Below, in pieces: positions 50,585 to 60,790 of a DNA stretch of 64,000 nt. Each line of letters starts with the position of its first letter. The first letter of the stretch is position 1. Location of the stretch: the NCBI GenBank assembly GCA_963662405.2, contig CAXXKT010000001.1:1216001-1280000 (forward strand). The letters run 5' to 3'. The DNA is from Syntrophales bacterium (GTDB taxonomy: Bacteria > Desulfobacterota > Syntrophia > Syntrophales > UBA2210). Position numbers and translations under genes: made by a program. The notes beneath the pieces are model-generated. The model was not told the origin of the DNA. It did no database searches and saw only the letters and a program-made list of their open reading frames with translations.

Positions 50585-51529
50585 ATGGATGGCGTATTGA
50601 TCATTGACAAACCGTCAGGGAAGACGTCCCATGATGTTGTCCATGACGTCAAGAAGCTCATGGGTGCAAAAAAGGCCGGTCATGCGGGGACCCTTGATCC
50701 GCTGGCGACGGGAGTCCTTGCCGTTTGCATTAATGAAGCGACGAAACTCACTCGGTTTCTCTTGGAGGACAACAAGGAATACAGCGCCACCATGCTTCTG
50801 GGTGTCAGGACGGACACCCTCGACAGGGAAGGTACGGTGACGGAACGCCGGGAGCCCCGGTTTTCGGAACAAGAGATACGGGAGGCGGTCGCGGGGTTTG
50901 TCGGTCGGATAGAACAGAGGGTCCCGAAGTATGCCGCCGTCAAATTTAAGGGGAAGCCGCTCTATAAGTGGACGCGTCAGGGAGTCGATATCGAGCCGCC
51001 CGTCCGGATGGTCAGTATACGGCAGATCAGCGTGGCTACAATACGGATGCCCTATGTGACCTTCACCGTCTCCTGCTCGAAGGGTACCTATATCCGGTCT
51101 TTGTGTGCCGACATGGGTGATCTCTTGGGGTGTGGGGCCAGTCTTTTCGATCTCAGGCGGACACGAAGCGGGGCTTTCACCCTGGAGGATGCCGTCTCGA
51201 TGGAGGACATGACAGGGGGGAAAAAACGTTCGGTCCTGGAGGAGAAGATGATCCCCCTGACGGAGATGCTTCCCGAGGCGGGCGCGGTGATTGTTGATGA
51301 ATATACTGAGGACAGGATAAGGAAGGGGTATCAGCCCGGGTGCGGTTTTTTGAGGGATGCACAGGCCCCTTTGCCGGAGGGAGGAGATCTGATAAAATTT
51401 GTTGCGAAGGACGGGAGGATTGTCGCCGTTGCCCGGCTGTTGTTCTCGCCGGAGGAGCTTTTTCGGATGGACGACCAATGTCAGGCGGTCAAGATTTTAC
51501 GGGTTCTTAACCATCAAAATACGATATAA
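50585..51529 (+). CDS. truB: tRNA pseudouridine(55) synthase
   Basis: GHAGTLDPLATG and CSKGTYIRSL. Confidence 0.95.
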   Translation: MDGVLIIDKPSGKTSHDVVHDVKKLMGAKKAGHAGTLDPLATGVLAVCINEATKLTRFLLEDNKEYSATMLLGVRTDTLDREGTVTERREPRFSEQEIREAVAGFVGRIEQRVPKYAAVKFKGKPLYKWTRQGVDIEPPVRMVSIRQISVATIRMPYVTFTVSCSKGTYIRSLCADMGDLLGCGASLFDLRRTRSGAFTLEDAVSMEDMTGGKKRSVLEEKMIPLTEMLPEAGAVIVDEYTEDRIRKGYQPGCGFLRDAQAPLPEGGDLIKFVAKDGRIVAVARLLFSPEELFRMDDQCQAVKILRVLNHQNTI

Positions 51530-51553
51530 ACGAATAAGGGAGGATAGGCAGCT

Positions 51554-51820
51554 GTGCTAGATGAAGAAAGGAAAAAAGAGATAATTGCTAATTTCCAGAC
51601 CCATGAGGGAGATACTGGGTCCCCGGAGGTCCAGATTGCCCTTATGAGCGGCAGGATCGAGTATCTGACGGAACATTTCAAGACCCACAAGAAAGACCAT
51701 CATTCCCGAAGGGGACTTCTGAAACTGGTGGGACAGAGGAGGAGTATGCTCGATTACCTCAAGAAGAAGGATATTGAGCGATACCGAGAGCTTATCAAGC
51801 GTCTCGGATTGAGAAGATAA
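51554..51820 (+). CDS. rpsO: 30S ribosomal protein S15
   Basis: [10 protein letters not shown] and [11 protein letters not shown]. Confidence 0.98.
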   Translation: MLDEERKKEIIANFQTHEGDTGSPEVQIALMSGRIEYLTEHFKTHKKDHHSRRGLLKLVGQRRSMLDYLKKKDIERYRELIKRLGLRR

Positions 51821-51847
51821 AAAAAATAAAGGAGAAATCCATTCATT

Positions 51848-53956
51848 ATGAGTGAAGTATTTGCAACGACCTTCGCGGGAAGGGACGTGTCTATCAAGAC
51901 AAACTATCTCGCCGGGCAGGCGGACGGATCCGTCTTGGTTTCCTACGGTGACACGCTTGTTCTGGTGACCGCCGTTTCGCTGAAGACCGCGCGTGAGGGG
52001 GTTGACTTTCTGCCTCTAACCGTTGATTACCAAGAAAAGACGTTCGCCGCGGGGAAGATCCCTGGCGGGTTTTTCAAGAGAGAAGGGCGTCTCAACGAGA
52101 AGGAGATCCTGACATCTCGGATCATTGACCGGTCGATCCGTCCCCTTTTCCCCGAGGGATATGTGTATGAGACCCAGATCGTCGCCACCGTTCTGTCGGT
52201 GGACGATGAACATGACTCCGACATCGCGGCCATGCTGGGGACCTCCGCGGCTCTCGGCATGTCTGACATCCCTTTTAAGGGGCCTGTCGCCGGGGTACGG
52301 GTAGGGAAAGTGGGCGATACGCTGGTGTGCAACCCCTCGGACGAGCAGATGGAACAGAGCGATTTGGAGCTTTTCCTCGTGGGGAGGAAGATCCCTTCCC
52401 CCGATTCGGCGACCAGTTTTGATGTTAACCTCGTCATGCTGGAAGGGGGTGCCTCCGAGGTCCCGGAAGACGAGGTTCTTGAAGCCATTACCTTTGGCTT
52501 GGAATCGATGAGGCCGGTTATTGAATTGCAGGACAAGATCTGTCAGGCGGTTGGAAAGACCAAGAGAGAGGTTCAACCCCCTGAGATCAGCGAAGAACTT
52601 CGCAGAAAAGTCAAAGACGTTGCCTATGCCGGCCTCCAGGATGCCTATGCCGAGGGGAAAAAACTGGAACGTTACGCCAAGAGGGCCGAGGTCAAGAGAA
52701 AGATGGTCGAGGCATTGAATGCCGACGAGGCCGGATTCGATCCCAAGGCCGCGGTTGTCTTTGAGGAACTGGAACAGGAGATCATCCGGCAGATGATATT
52801 GGTCGACAAAAAACGGATTGACGGACGATCCAGTACGGACATCCGGCCGATTACGTCCGAGGCCGGTATCCTTCCGAGGGCACATGGCTCCGGCCTCTTT
52901 ACGAGGGGTGAAACGCAGGCCTTGGTCGCCCTTACGCTGGGGACCTCCTCGGATGAACAGAGGTTGGACTTCATCGATGGGGAAGAGATGCGGACTTTTA
53001 TGGTGCACTACAATTTTCCTCCCTTCTCCGTTGCGGAGGCGCGTCCTCTGAGAGGTCCCGGAAGGCGGGAAATCGGTCATGGGGCACTTGCCCGGAGGGC
53101 GCTGCTTCCTGTTTTGCCCCAGCACGAAGACTTTCCCTATACAATCCGGCTCGTTTCCGAAATATTGTCCTCAAACGGATCATCCTCCATGGCGACGGTA
53201 TGTGGCGGAACGCTCTCGTTGATGGATGCCGGCGTTCCGATCAAAGATACCGTCGCAGGCATCGCGATGGGGCTCTTGAAGGAAGGGGATGACGTCGTGA
53301 TCCTTTCCGATATCCTCGGAGATGAAGATCATGCCGGTGACATGGATTTCAAGGTATGCGGCACGAAAAAAGGGATTACAGCCCTCCAGATGGATATCAA
53401 GGTCGATCGGCTGTCGGAGGCGATTTTGAAGGATGCCCTGTATCAGGCGCGGGACGGTCGCGTCTTTATTATCAACAAGCTGTGCGAGACGATGGATGCA
53501 CCCCGCGGAGATCTTTCTCCCTATGCCCCGAGGATTACTACTATCATGGTGAAACAGGAGAAGATTCGAGACGTCATCGGCACCGGAGGGAAGAATATCC
53601 GTCAAATCATCAGCGAAACGGGAGTGTCGATGGATGTGGAGGATGATGGTACGGTAACCATCGCCTCGAATGACGGTGAGTCGGCGGCACGGGCGATTGC
53701 CATGGTCAAGGCGTTGACCGAAGAGCCTGAGATCGGTAGAATCTACGAGGGAACGGTGAAAAAGATCCTCGATTTTGGGGCCTTTGTGGAGATTCTCCCG
53801 GGGACCGACGGCCTGGTACACATATCCCAGCTGGACAATCGCAGAGTAGAGAAGGTGACCGATGTGCTCAGTGAGGGTGATACCGTACGTGTCAAGGTTA
53901 TTGATATCGACCGAGGCGGCAAGATACGACTGAGCAGGAAAGATGCCCTTGCATAA
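51848..53956 (+). CDS. pnp: Polyribonucleotide nucleotidyltransferase
   Basis: [24 protein letters not shown] and GDMDFKV, with KH and S1 domains. Confidence 0.98.
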   Translation: MSEVFATTFAGRDVSIKTNYLAGQADGSVLVSYGDTLVLVTAVSLKTAREGVDFLPLTVDYQEKTFAAGKIPGGFFKREGRLNEKEILTSRIIDRSIRPLFPEGYVYETQIVATVLSVDDEHDSDIAAMLGTSAALGMSDIPFKGPVAGVRVGKVGDTLVCNPSDEQMEQSDLELFLVGRKIPSPDSATSFDVNLVMLEGGASEVPEDEVLEAITFGLESMRPVIELQDKICQAVGKTKREVQPPEISEELRRKVKDVAYAGLQDAYAEGKKLERYAKRAEVKRKMVEALNADEAGFDPKAAVVFEELEQEIIRQMILVDKKRIDGRSSTDIRPITSEAGILPRAHGSGLFTRGETQALVALTLGTSSDEQRLDFIDGEEMRTFMVHYNFPPFSVAEARPLRGPGRREIGHGALARRALLPVLPQHEDFPYTIRLVSEILSSNGSSSMATVCGGTLSLMDAGVPIKDTVAGIAMGLLKEGDDVVILSDILGDEDHAGDMDFKVCGTKKGITALQMDIKVDRLSEAILKDALYQARDGRVFIINKLCETMDAPRGDLSPYAPRITTIMVKQEKIRDVIGTGGKNIRQIISETGVSMDVEDDGTVTIASNDGESAARAIAMVKALTEEPEIGRIYEGTVKKILDFGAFVEILPGTDGLVHISQLDNRRVEKVTDVLSEGDTVRVKVIDIDRGGKIRLSRKDALA

Positions 53957-54395
53957 CAGGGTCGCAATTTCCGTTAAGAGGTTACATGGTTTTGACCTCC
54001 CCCTCCCCCGATATATGACGGAGGATTCGGCGGGGATGGATATCTGTGCTGCGGTGGAGGGTGATATCGCCCTCCACCCCGGTGAGAGAATCCTGATCCC
54101 CACAGGGTTCGCCGTTGCTCTCCCACCCGGATACGAGGCCCAGATCCGACCGCGGAGCGGCCTGGCCGTGGAAGCGGGGGTGACTCTCCTCAACGCTCCC
54201 GGTACCATCGACGCCGATTATCGGGGTGAGGTCCGGGTCCTGATAATCAACCATGGCACCGAGGCCTTTGTAGTCAAGCGAGGTGATCGTATCGCCCAGA
54301 TGGTGATCCAACCGGTGTCTCGTGCCGTGTGGGAGGTGAGTGACGATCTTGATCGGACGAGAAGGGGCGAAGGGGGGTTCGGACACACCGGTTGA
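53943..54395 (+). CDS. dut: dUTP diphosphatase
   Basis: [21 protein letters not shown] and [10 protein letters not shown]. Confidence 0.96.
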   Translation: MPLHNRVAISVKRLHGFDLPLPRYMTEDSAGMDICAAVEGDIALHPGERILIPTGFAVALPPGYEAQIRPRSGLAVEAGVTLLNAPGTIDADYRGEVRVLIINHGTEAFVVKRGDRIAQMVIQPVSRAVWEVSDDLDRTRRGEGGFGHTG

Positions 54396-54429
54396 TCCCT
54401 CCGGATGGAACTTCCGATACAAAACAGCC

Positions 54430-54462
54430 ACCCCTGTCCGTCACCGCGGCAGGGGTTTTTTA
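54430..54462 (+). terminator. Intrinsic terminator after dut
   Basis: ACCCCTG...CAGGGGT followed by a T-run. Confidence 0.65.
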
Positions 54463-54523
54463 TTGTTTTATTTACAGATTTGGTGTAATTCGATGTGGCA
54501 TGGGCCAGAGGGGAAGAGAGCGG

Positions 54524-55699
54524 ATGAAAACATATACGGTCAATAAAACCTATCAAGAGATCAACGAGAAGATCAAAAAAGGGAGAGCCGTCGTCGTGAC
54601 CGCGGAAGAGATCATCGGGATCGTCGAGAAAAAGGGGGCGGTTGCGGCGGCCCGAGAAGTCGATGTCGTTACGACCGGGACCTTCAGCCCCATGTGTTCA
54701 TCGGGTGCTTTCCTCAACTTTGGCCATACCTCCCCCAAGATACGGGCTTCGAAGATATCGCTCAATGGTGTTCCCGCCTACGGGGGGCTCGCCGCTGTCG
54801 ATTGCTATATCGGGGCCACCGAGGTGGTCGAAGGGGACCCCCTGAACAGTATCCATCCGGGTGAATTCAACTACGGTGGTGGCCATGTCCTGGAAGACCT
54901 CGTCGCGGGGCGGGTCGTTCGCCTGCACCTCGAATCCTACGGGACCGATTGCTATCCGGCCCGCAGGCACGAAAAGAATATCACCATACACGACCTCAGG
55001 GATGCCATCCTCTTCAATCCCCGGAATGCCTACCAAAATTATAATTGTGCGACAAACCTGTCCGATCGGACGATCTATACCTACATGGGTGTGCTCAGAC
55101 CCGACATGGCCAATGTGACTTATGCCACATCGGGTCAGCTCAGTCCCCTCTTCAATGATCCCTATTTCAAGACCATCGGTGTGGGGACACGGATATTCCT
55201 CTGCGGAGGGCAGGGGTTTGTCGCCGGCCCCGGCACGCAGCACGATCCGCATGTCCTCCGGGGTGAGAACGGCGTCCCGAAGGAAGGGGCGGGAACACTG
55301 GCTGTCACGGGGAATCTGAAGGAGATGGATCCCCGATGGCTGGTGGGAGCGAGTATCCTCGGGTACGGTGTATCGATCTATATCGGCATAGGGATACCCA
55401 TACCGATACTCAACGAAGAGATGGCGCGGTATACGGCTGTTAAAGATGACGATCTCTATGCACAGGTCTACGACTACGGTATTGATTACCCGAACGGTGA
55501 TGCGCAGAGCATCGGGGAGGTCAGCTATCGAGAGCTGAGGAGCGGCAAGGTCAAACTCGCCGGCAGGGTCGTCCCGACCGCTCCCCTGTCCAGTTATTAC
55601 AAGGCACGGGAAATCGCTACCATCCTTAAGGATTGGATTAACAAGGGACAGTTCCTTTTGGGAGAGCCCCAGGATCGTCTCCCGTCCGACGATTCCTGA
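54524..55699 (+). CDS. DUF39 homocysteine biosynthesis protein (aspartate-semialdehyde sulfurtransferase-like)
   Basis: VDVVTTGTFSPMCSSG, YGGGHVLEDL, NPRNAYQNY and FNDPY. Confidence 0.85.
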   Translation: MKTYTVNKTYQEINEKIKKGRAVVVTAEEIIGIVEKKGAVAAAREVDVVTTGTFSPMCSSGAFLNFGHTSPKIRASKISLNGVPAYGGLAAVDCYIGATEVVEGDPLNSIHPGEFNYGGGHVLEDLVAGRVVRLHLESYGTDCYPARRHEKNITIHDLRDAILFNPRNAYQNYNCATNLSDRTIYTYMGVLRPDMANVTYATSGQLSPLFNDPYFKTIGVGTRIFLCGGQGFVAGPGTQHDPHVLRGENGVPKEGAGTLAVTGNLKEMDPRWLVGASILGYGVSIYIGIGIPIPILNEEMARYTAVKDDDLYAQVYDYGIDYPNGDAQSIGEVSYRELRSGKVKLAGRVVPTAPLSSYYKAREIATILKDWINKGQFLLGEPQDRLPSDDS

Positions 55700-55758
55700 C
55701 CCTGTACTGAAGGCGCAACTCGTTCGAATGGTTGGAAAAAGCACTAAAGACACCGGGG

Positions 55759-55782
55759 AAACGGTGAAATAAACCGTTTTTT
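55759..55782 (+). terminator. Terminator after the DUF39 gene
   Basis: AAACGGT-gaaataa-ACCGTTT followed by further Ts. Confidence 0.5.
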
Positions 55783-56005
55783 GTGGGGAAAAGAGGGGAG
55801 AGAACGGGGACGCGATTTCCGTATCCGGGGGGAGGAAGAGAAAGCCTCGGTACGGATGGAGGGTTTCCCCCGAACGGAAAAAATGAGAATGCCTATCATA
55901 TCGAATGTTTAGACGGTAGGTGGCTGACACGTTTTTCTCCGGCGGGTGAAGCGGAGCGGGGATGAGAGGCAATCCGGTACAGTGTAGGAAAGTTGGACGT
56001 CAACA

Positions 56006-56021
56006 TGGCATACTTATTGCT
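56006..56021 (+). promoter_or_regulatory. sigma54 promoter for the ftsB-like/pilMNOPQ operon
   Basis: TGGCATACTTATTGCT, a near-perfect -24/-12 consensus. Confidence 0.75.
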
Positions 56022-56068
56022 TTTTTCACCAAAGGGGCGAATTTCCTGTGCCGGGGAAGGGGAATTGT

Positions 56069-56335
56069 ATGAAGATCGGTAGAGTGCTCGGAGGGCTGTT
56101 TATTATCTTGGTGCTCCTTATCGTCTTCGGAGAGAGGGGGTTCATGGACTATCGCTCCCTCTTGGAAAAACAGGCCTCCCTGGAAGAGATCAATGCCTCT
56201 CTGATCAAAGAAAATAATGAGCTCAAGGGGGAGATAACCTTGCTCAGCAGTGACGCTCGCTACATCGAAACCGTGGCGAGGCGGGAACTCGGCATGGTCA
56301 GGCGAGGAGACAGGGTATATCAATTTATCGATTAG
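56069..56335 (+). CDS. Septum formation initiator (FtsB/DivIC family)
   Basis: One TM helix, FGERG, a coiled coil and YIETVARRELGMVR. Confidence 0.85.
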   Translation: MKIGRVLGGLFIILVLLIVFGERGFMDYRSLLEKQASLEEINASLIKENNELKGEITLLSSDARYIETVARRELGMVRRGDRVYQFID

Positions 56336-56347
56336 GCGTGGGGATTG

Positions 56348-57415
56348 ATGTTTCTACCAAAAAGATTGTTTCCCGGCAGCAGAAGGGTTGCGGGGATCGA
56401 CATCGGGTCAAGCGCTCTCAAGCTTGTTGAGATCAAAGACACGCCGAAAGGGTGGACTCTCCAGCGCCTCGCACAGATACCCATCGAAAGAGGAGTCATT
56501 CAGAACGGTCTGATCAAGGATCCGGACGCATTAGCCAAGCGGATCAAAGACCTGCTCAAGGTGTCCCGATATCGTGGGAAGTATCTTACCACCGCCCTAT
56601 CGGGGCATGTCGTCATGATCAACAAGGCCGGTTTCCGGAAGATGGAAGAGGAAGAATTGCGGGATGTGATTGTCGATGAAGCCGGCGAGTATTTCCCCTT
56701 CGACGATATACGGGATGTCAACTTCGACTTCCATATATGCAGTGAAGAAAGCAGTGATCCCAACCAGATGGACGTGATTATCGCTGCCGTAAAAAAAGAA
56801 ATAACCGAGAGCTATACCGCTGCAATCGAGAAGGCCGGTTCCCGGGTTACGGTTATGGATGTCGATTCCTTCGCTCTGGAAACGGCCTATGAAGAAAATT
56901 ATGATTTTGAGGCCGACGATATCATTGCCCTGGTCAATATCGGAGCGAGCATCACAAACATCAATATCGTCCGAAATGCGGAATCCGTCTTTACACGAAA
57001 TATTATGGTGGGGGGAGACTCCATCACGGAAACCCTCAAGGAGGAACTCGGCCTTTCCTTCGAAGAGGCTGAGATGGTCAAACTTGAAGGTCGCGGCGGA
57101 GACGACGAGACCGGAGTTGCCGTCCTTGATTATCTCACCCCTCTTTTCCTTGAGATAGGGCGGTCTTTCGATTATTTCAGTTCGACGGCGAGTGGATCAC
57201 CTCTGAGCGGTATCCTCCTGAGCGGTGGGTGTGCGGTGATCCCGGGGATAGTAAACGCCATGAAGGATCGTTTCCACTGTGAGGTGGAGATCTTTAATCC
57301 CTTTAAAAATATCCTGTATAATAAAAACGTCTTCAGCGCTTCGTATCTGCGCGAGGTGGGGGCCACCGCTACGGTCGGCGTCGGTCTTGCCCTCAGGAGG
57401 GTGGAGGAATCATGA
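56348..57415 (+). CDS. pilM: Type IV pilus assembly protein PilM
   Basis: GIDIGSSALKLVE, actin-like fold, NIGAS, LSGGCA and VGLALR. Confidence 0.93.
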   Translation: MFLPKRLFPGSRRVAGIDIGSSALKLVEIKDTPKGWTLQRLAQIPIERGVIQNGLIKDPDALAKRIKDLLKVSRYRGKYLTTALSGHVVMINKAGFRKMEEEELRDVIVDEAGEYFPFDDIRDVNFDFHICSEESSDPNQMDVIIAAVKKEITESYTAAIEKAGSRVTVMDVDSFALETAYEENYDFEADDIIALVNIGASITNINIVRNAESVFTRNIMVGGDSITETLKEELGLSFEEAEMVKLEGRGGDDETGVAVLDYLTPLFLEIGRSFDYFSSTASGSPLSGILLSGGCAVIPGIVNAMKDRFHCEVEIFNPFKNILYNKNVFSASYLREVGATATVGVGLALRRVEES

Positions 57416-57957
57416 TACGGATCAACCTCCTCCCCTATCGAGAAGAACAGAAAAAGGCGAATATCCAGCGCCAGGTTATTGTCGGGGTAACCATCGTTGC
57501 CTTGTTTTTCATCATCGTGGTTGTCTTTCATCTTGACATAGGAAGGGACGTCGCGTCGCTCGATGCAGAGGTCAAGTCGGCAAGCGCCAGACTGAATGCC
57601 CTGACGGGGGTGACGGGTAACCTCGAACGATTTCAAAGAGATAAAGAAACCCTGCAAAAAAAGATCGGGGTTATACAGAACCTCGAAAGAGACCGGAACG
57701 ATTCGGTTCATATCATGGACGAGTTGGCTTCCCGGATTTCTCCGCAGACCGAATGGCTTATGACCGTTACCAAGAAGGAGGGAACCATTCGCATACAGGG
57801 CGTGGCATCCAACAATCCGGCGATCGCACAGTTCATGAAGCGGCTTGAAGCTTCTCCGTATATCGAAACGGTCGACCTGGTCTCGTCACGGCAGACAACC
57901 GTGTCGGGGGCAAAGCTGATGGAGTTTGTTCTCCTCTGTACCCAGAAGCGAGGTTAG
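57412..57957 (+). CDS. pilN: Type IV pilus assembly protein PilN
   Basis: MIRINLLP motif followed by a TM helix. Confidence 0.93.
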   Translation: MIRINLLPYREEQKKANIQRQVIVGVTIVALFFIIVVVFHLDIGRDVASLDAEVKSASARLNALTGVTGNLERFQRDKETLQKKIGVIQNLERDRNDSVHIMDELASRISPQTEWLMTVTKKEGTIRIQGVASNNPAIAQFMKRLEASPYIETVDLVSSRQTTVSGAKLMEFVLLCTQKRG

Positions 57958-57960
57958 CAG

Positions 57961-58563
57961 ATGGCCATAGGATTTGAGGACATACAACGCCTATCCGGCG
58001 GGAAAAAGCTCCTGATCCTTTGCGGTGTTCTGCTCCTGATCGGGTATTTCTACTGGTTTTATCTCTTCCAGCCCACCTTCGAGCGGAAAATCCAGCTGAG
58101 AGACACCCTGGAGACTATCAACGGCCAGATAGCGTCACGGCAGCGGGTGGCCGATCAGATCGAGCGGCACAAGAGCGAAATAGCCAAACTCGAAGAGGAT
58201 CTTGCGATCATCCTGGCCAAGCTTCCCGAACAGAAGGAGATCCCCCGTCTGCTCACCGCCGTCTCCGAAGCGGGGAGAGATGCGGGGCTCGAATTCATCC
58301 TCTTCGAGCCCCTAGAACCCGTCTCGAAAAAATTCTATGCCGAGATACCCGTCAAGATGATTGTTACCGGGGGATACCATGATATCGCCGTTTTTGCCGA
58401 CAGCGTGTCACATCTCCCCCGCATTGCCACCATCACGGAGATAACCATCAAAAAGGGGATTGAACAGCGAGGGGGGGGGGATATCCTGCAGGCTGATTGT
58501 CTGATGAAGATATACATGTTTCTCGAAGAGGCGGAGGAAGGAGCAAATGGGAAGAAGGCGTAA
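57961..58563 (+). CDS. pilO: Type IV pilus assembly protein PilO
   Basis: LPEQKEIPRLL, FYAEIPV and GGYHD. Confidence 0.93.
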   Translation: MAIGFEDIQRLSGGKKLLILCGVLLLIGYFYWFYLFQPTFERKIQLRDTLETINGQIASRQRVADQIERHKSEIAKLEEDLAIILAKLPEQKEIPRLLTAVSEAGRDAGLEFILFEPLEPVSKKFYAEIPVKMIVTGGYHDIAVFADSVSHLPRIATITEITIKKGIEQRGGGDILQADCLMKIYMFLEEAEEGANGKKA

Positions 58564-59020
58564 AACTCTCCTTCGATGGACCGCCTTTGGGGTCGCGGTC
58601 TTGTCTCTTATCGCGACAACGGTGACGATCCCGGATGCGCATGCGCAGGGTGCTGATCCCGAAGCCTATCGATACGATTCGGAAGGGAAACCGGACCCCT
58701 TCAAACCCTTTATGACAATCGTGGAAGAGGAAGAAAAAGAAACGGCAACGGTCCCTCTTTCCCCCCTGGAAAGGTTTACCGTGGGCCAATTCCGCCTCAC
58801 GGGCATTGCCTGGACCAGAGCCCAAAAGATTGCTATAGTGAGATCTCCGGAGGGGAAACGACATCTCCTCCACCGGGGCACTCCCATCGGAATCAATGGG
58901 GGAAGGGTAATCGAGATACGCCCCGACAGTGTCGTTATCCTGGAGAAGATCAAGGATTTCTCCGGAAAAATTACGGAGGAACGGGTTGTCCTCGCACTTC
59001 AGAAAAACAGGGGAGATTAA
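58547..59020 (+). CDS. pilP: Type IV pilus assembly protein PilP
   Basis: GKPDPF, PLERF and GTPIGINGG; gene order fits. Confidence 0.88.
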   Translation: MGRRRKTLLRWTAFGVAVLSLIATTVTIPDAHAQGADPEAYRYDSEGKPDPFKPFMTIVEEEEKETATVPLSPLERFTVGQFRLTGIAWTRAQKIAIVRSPEGKRHLLHRGTPIGINGGRVIEIRPDSVVILEKIKDFSGKITEERVVLALQKNRGD

Positions 59021-60669
59021 TGAATTCAATGAGAAGTATAACGTTTTGCGTCCTTGTCACCCTGCTCTGCTTTGCGGTGCTGTCCGGTTGCGCAACCGTC
59101 GGTGATCCCTCTGCGGAGGGGGCGTTAACACAAGGCCCGACCGGAGAACGTGCCGCCGGATCCGAAATCAGGGGTCTGGTGTTCGAACGGCTGGAGGGGA
59201 AAGAGAGAATCTCCATAGATCTTTCCGGGCTCGCCGATTGTCACATATCACGTGAATCGGAAAGGACCCTGCTGATCACCCTCGAGGGGGTCTCGATCCC
59301 GGAGGGGGTACAACGCGAGTACGGTCGGGCTGGACTGCGCAATCTCGAAAGGGTTCTTCTCTATCAGGACAGGGCCGGGGCGAAGAACGAAACCGGTGTT
59401 CGGGTGGTGTTAAAACGGCTGGTCCCGTATCGCTATCGGACGGAGGGTACGACGGTCATGGTCGATTTTGATGTCTCGGTGCTCCCTCCTGCCGCGAAAC
59501 CGGACCGAAGTGCCATCGTGGCAACCGCCCCTGCGGAGGCGGGTGCGGCATCCCCCCAGGCTCCCGCCCTCCAGGAACCGGATCAGAAAAAGATGAGGGC
59601 CTACACTGGTGAAACGGTGTCCCTCGATTTCCAGGATGCCGATATCAAAAGTGTTTTCAGACTCCTGTCGGAGGTGAGCGGGTTGAGTATCGTTGCGGGT
59701 CCGAACGTGAAAGGAGACGTGACGGTTCACATGAAAAATGTCCCCTGGGACCAGGCGCTGGACACCGTTTTGGAGATCAACGGCCTGGGGAAGAAACAGG
59801 CGGGACGAGTGATAACGGTTCTCCCCGTCGCGGTACTCAAGCAGGTTGAAGAGGAACAACAAGAAAAGGCCGTGACCCAGGGGAAACTCAAGCAGGTCTC
59901 CATAGAGGCAAAGATAGTCGAGGTTACGACGAATTTCGCCCGAGAACTGGGGATTAAGTGGGGATACGGGTATACCGGTAACTGGGGCGAACGTGACTAC
60001 GGCGTGATGATAGGAACCGGCGCATCCGGAGCCCTCACCAGTCTTCCCAATGGGATCGGCCTGACCAGCAGCAATGTCGCCGTCAATTTTCCCTCCCTTA
60101 CGTCGGTGACGACACCGGCACTTGGGCTCGTGGTAGGGACGAGTAAATTTATCCTGGATGCGCAACTCTCGGCGCTTGAAAAAAGCGGCGACGGGAAGAT
60201 CATCTCATCCCCCAAGGTGACCACTCTCGACGGAGTAAAGGCCACGATCAAACAGGGGGAAGAGATTCCCTATACCGTCACGAGTGATGAAGGAAAACAA
60301 TCAACGGAATTCAAAGAGGCGACACTCAAGCTGGAGGTAACTCCGACGATCACCCCGGAGGGGAGGATCTCCATAGAAATGAGGGCCAGTAACGATTATG
60401 CGGACTGGGAAATCGATCCCCAGACGGGGTTGCGCGTTGATGAACCCCCCATCAATACCAGTTCGGTGGAATCGACCGTCGTCGTCAGGGATGGGGAGAC
60501 GATCGTCATCGGAGGTGTGTACAAAACAACCGCCAGTGAATCGATATCGGGGGTGCCATGGTTGTCGAAGATCCCTGTCCTTGGCTGGTTGTTCAAGTAT
60601 AAAACGGTGAGTAACGAAAAGCGTGAACTCCTGATATTCGTCACCCCGAAGGTGGTGGCGGAAAGTTGA
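59020..60669 (+). CDS. pilQ: Type IV pilus secretin PilQ (lipoprotein signal, AMIN-like, STN and secretin domains)
   Basis: LSGC lipobox, SLDFQDADI..NVPWDQAL, QVSIEAKIVE and VPWLSKIPVLGWLF..ELLIFVTP. Confidence 0.92.
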   Translation: MNSMRSITFCVLVTLLCFAVLSGCATVGDPSAEGALTQGPTGERAAGSEIRGLVFERLEGKERISIDLSGLADCHISRESERTLLITLEGVSIPEGVQREYGRAGLRNLERVLLYQDRAGAKNETGVRVVLKRLVPYRYRTEGTTVMVDFDVSVLPPAAKPDRSAIVATAPAEAGAASPQAPALQEPDQKKMRAYTGETVSLDFQDADIKSVFRLLSEVSGLSIVAGPNVKGDVTVHMKNVPWDQALDTVLEINGLGKKQAGRVITVLPVAVLKQVEEEQQEKAVTQGKLKQVSIEAKIVEVTTNFARELGIKWGYGYTGNWGERDYGVMIGTGASGALTSLPNGIGLTSSNVAVNFPSLTSVTTPALGLVVGTSKFILDAQLSALEKSGDGKIISSPKVTTLDGVKATIKQGEEIPYTVTSDEGKQSTEFKEATLKLEVTPTITPEGRISIEMRASNDYADWEIDPQTGLRVDEPPINTSSVESTVVVRDGETIVIGGVYKTTASESISGVPWLSKIPVLGWLFKYKTVSNEKRELLIFVTPKVVAES

Positions 60670-60790
60670 CAAGTGTACGGTGCCGATGGTGATCCGGGAT
60701 TTCCACGGAGTGGTATCAGAGAGATAAGAGAGAAGGTCCTCGACATGAAGCCGGGGGCTGGTTGCGCGAAAAGAGCGGAGGAGTGTCAAG

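Noticed and set aside
55741..55880. Possible GEMM (c-di-GMP/cGAMP) riboswitch upstream of the pil operon (GGGACGC, AAAGCCTC fragments)
   Set aside because: Core elements are not in the right order or spacing, the hairpin is explained as a terminator, and it lies upstream of the sigma54 promoter. An Rfam scan would settle it.
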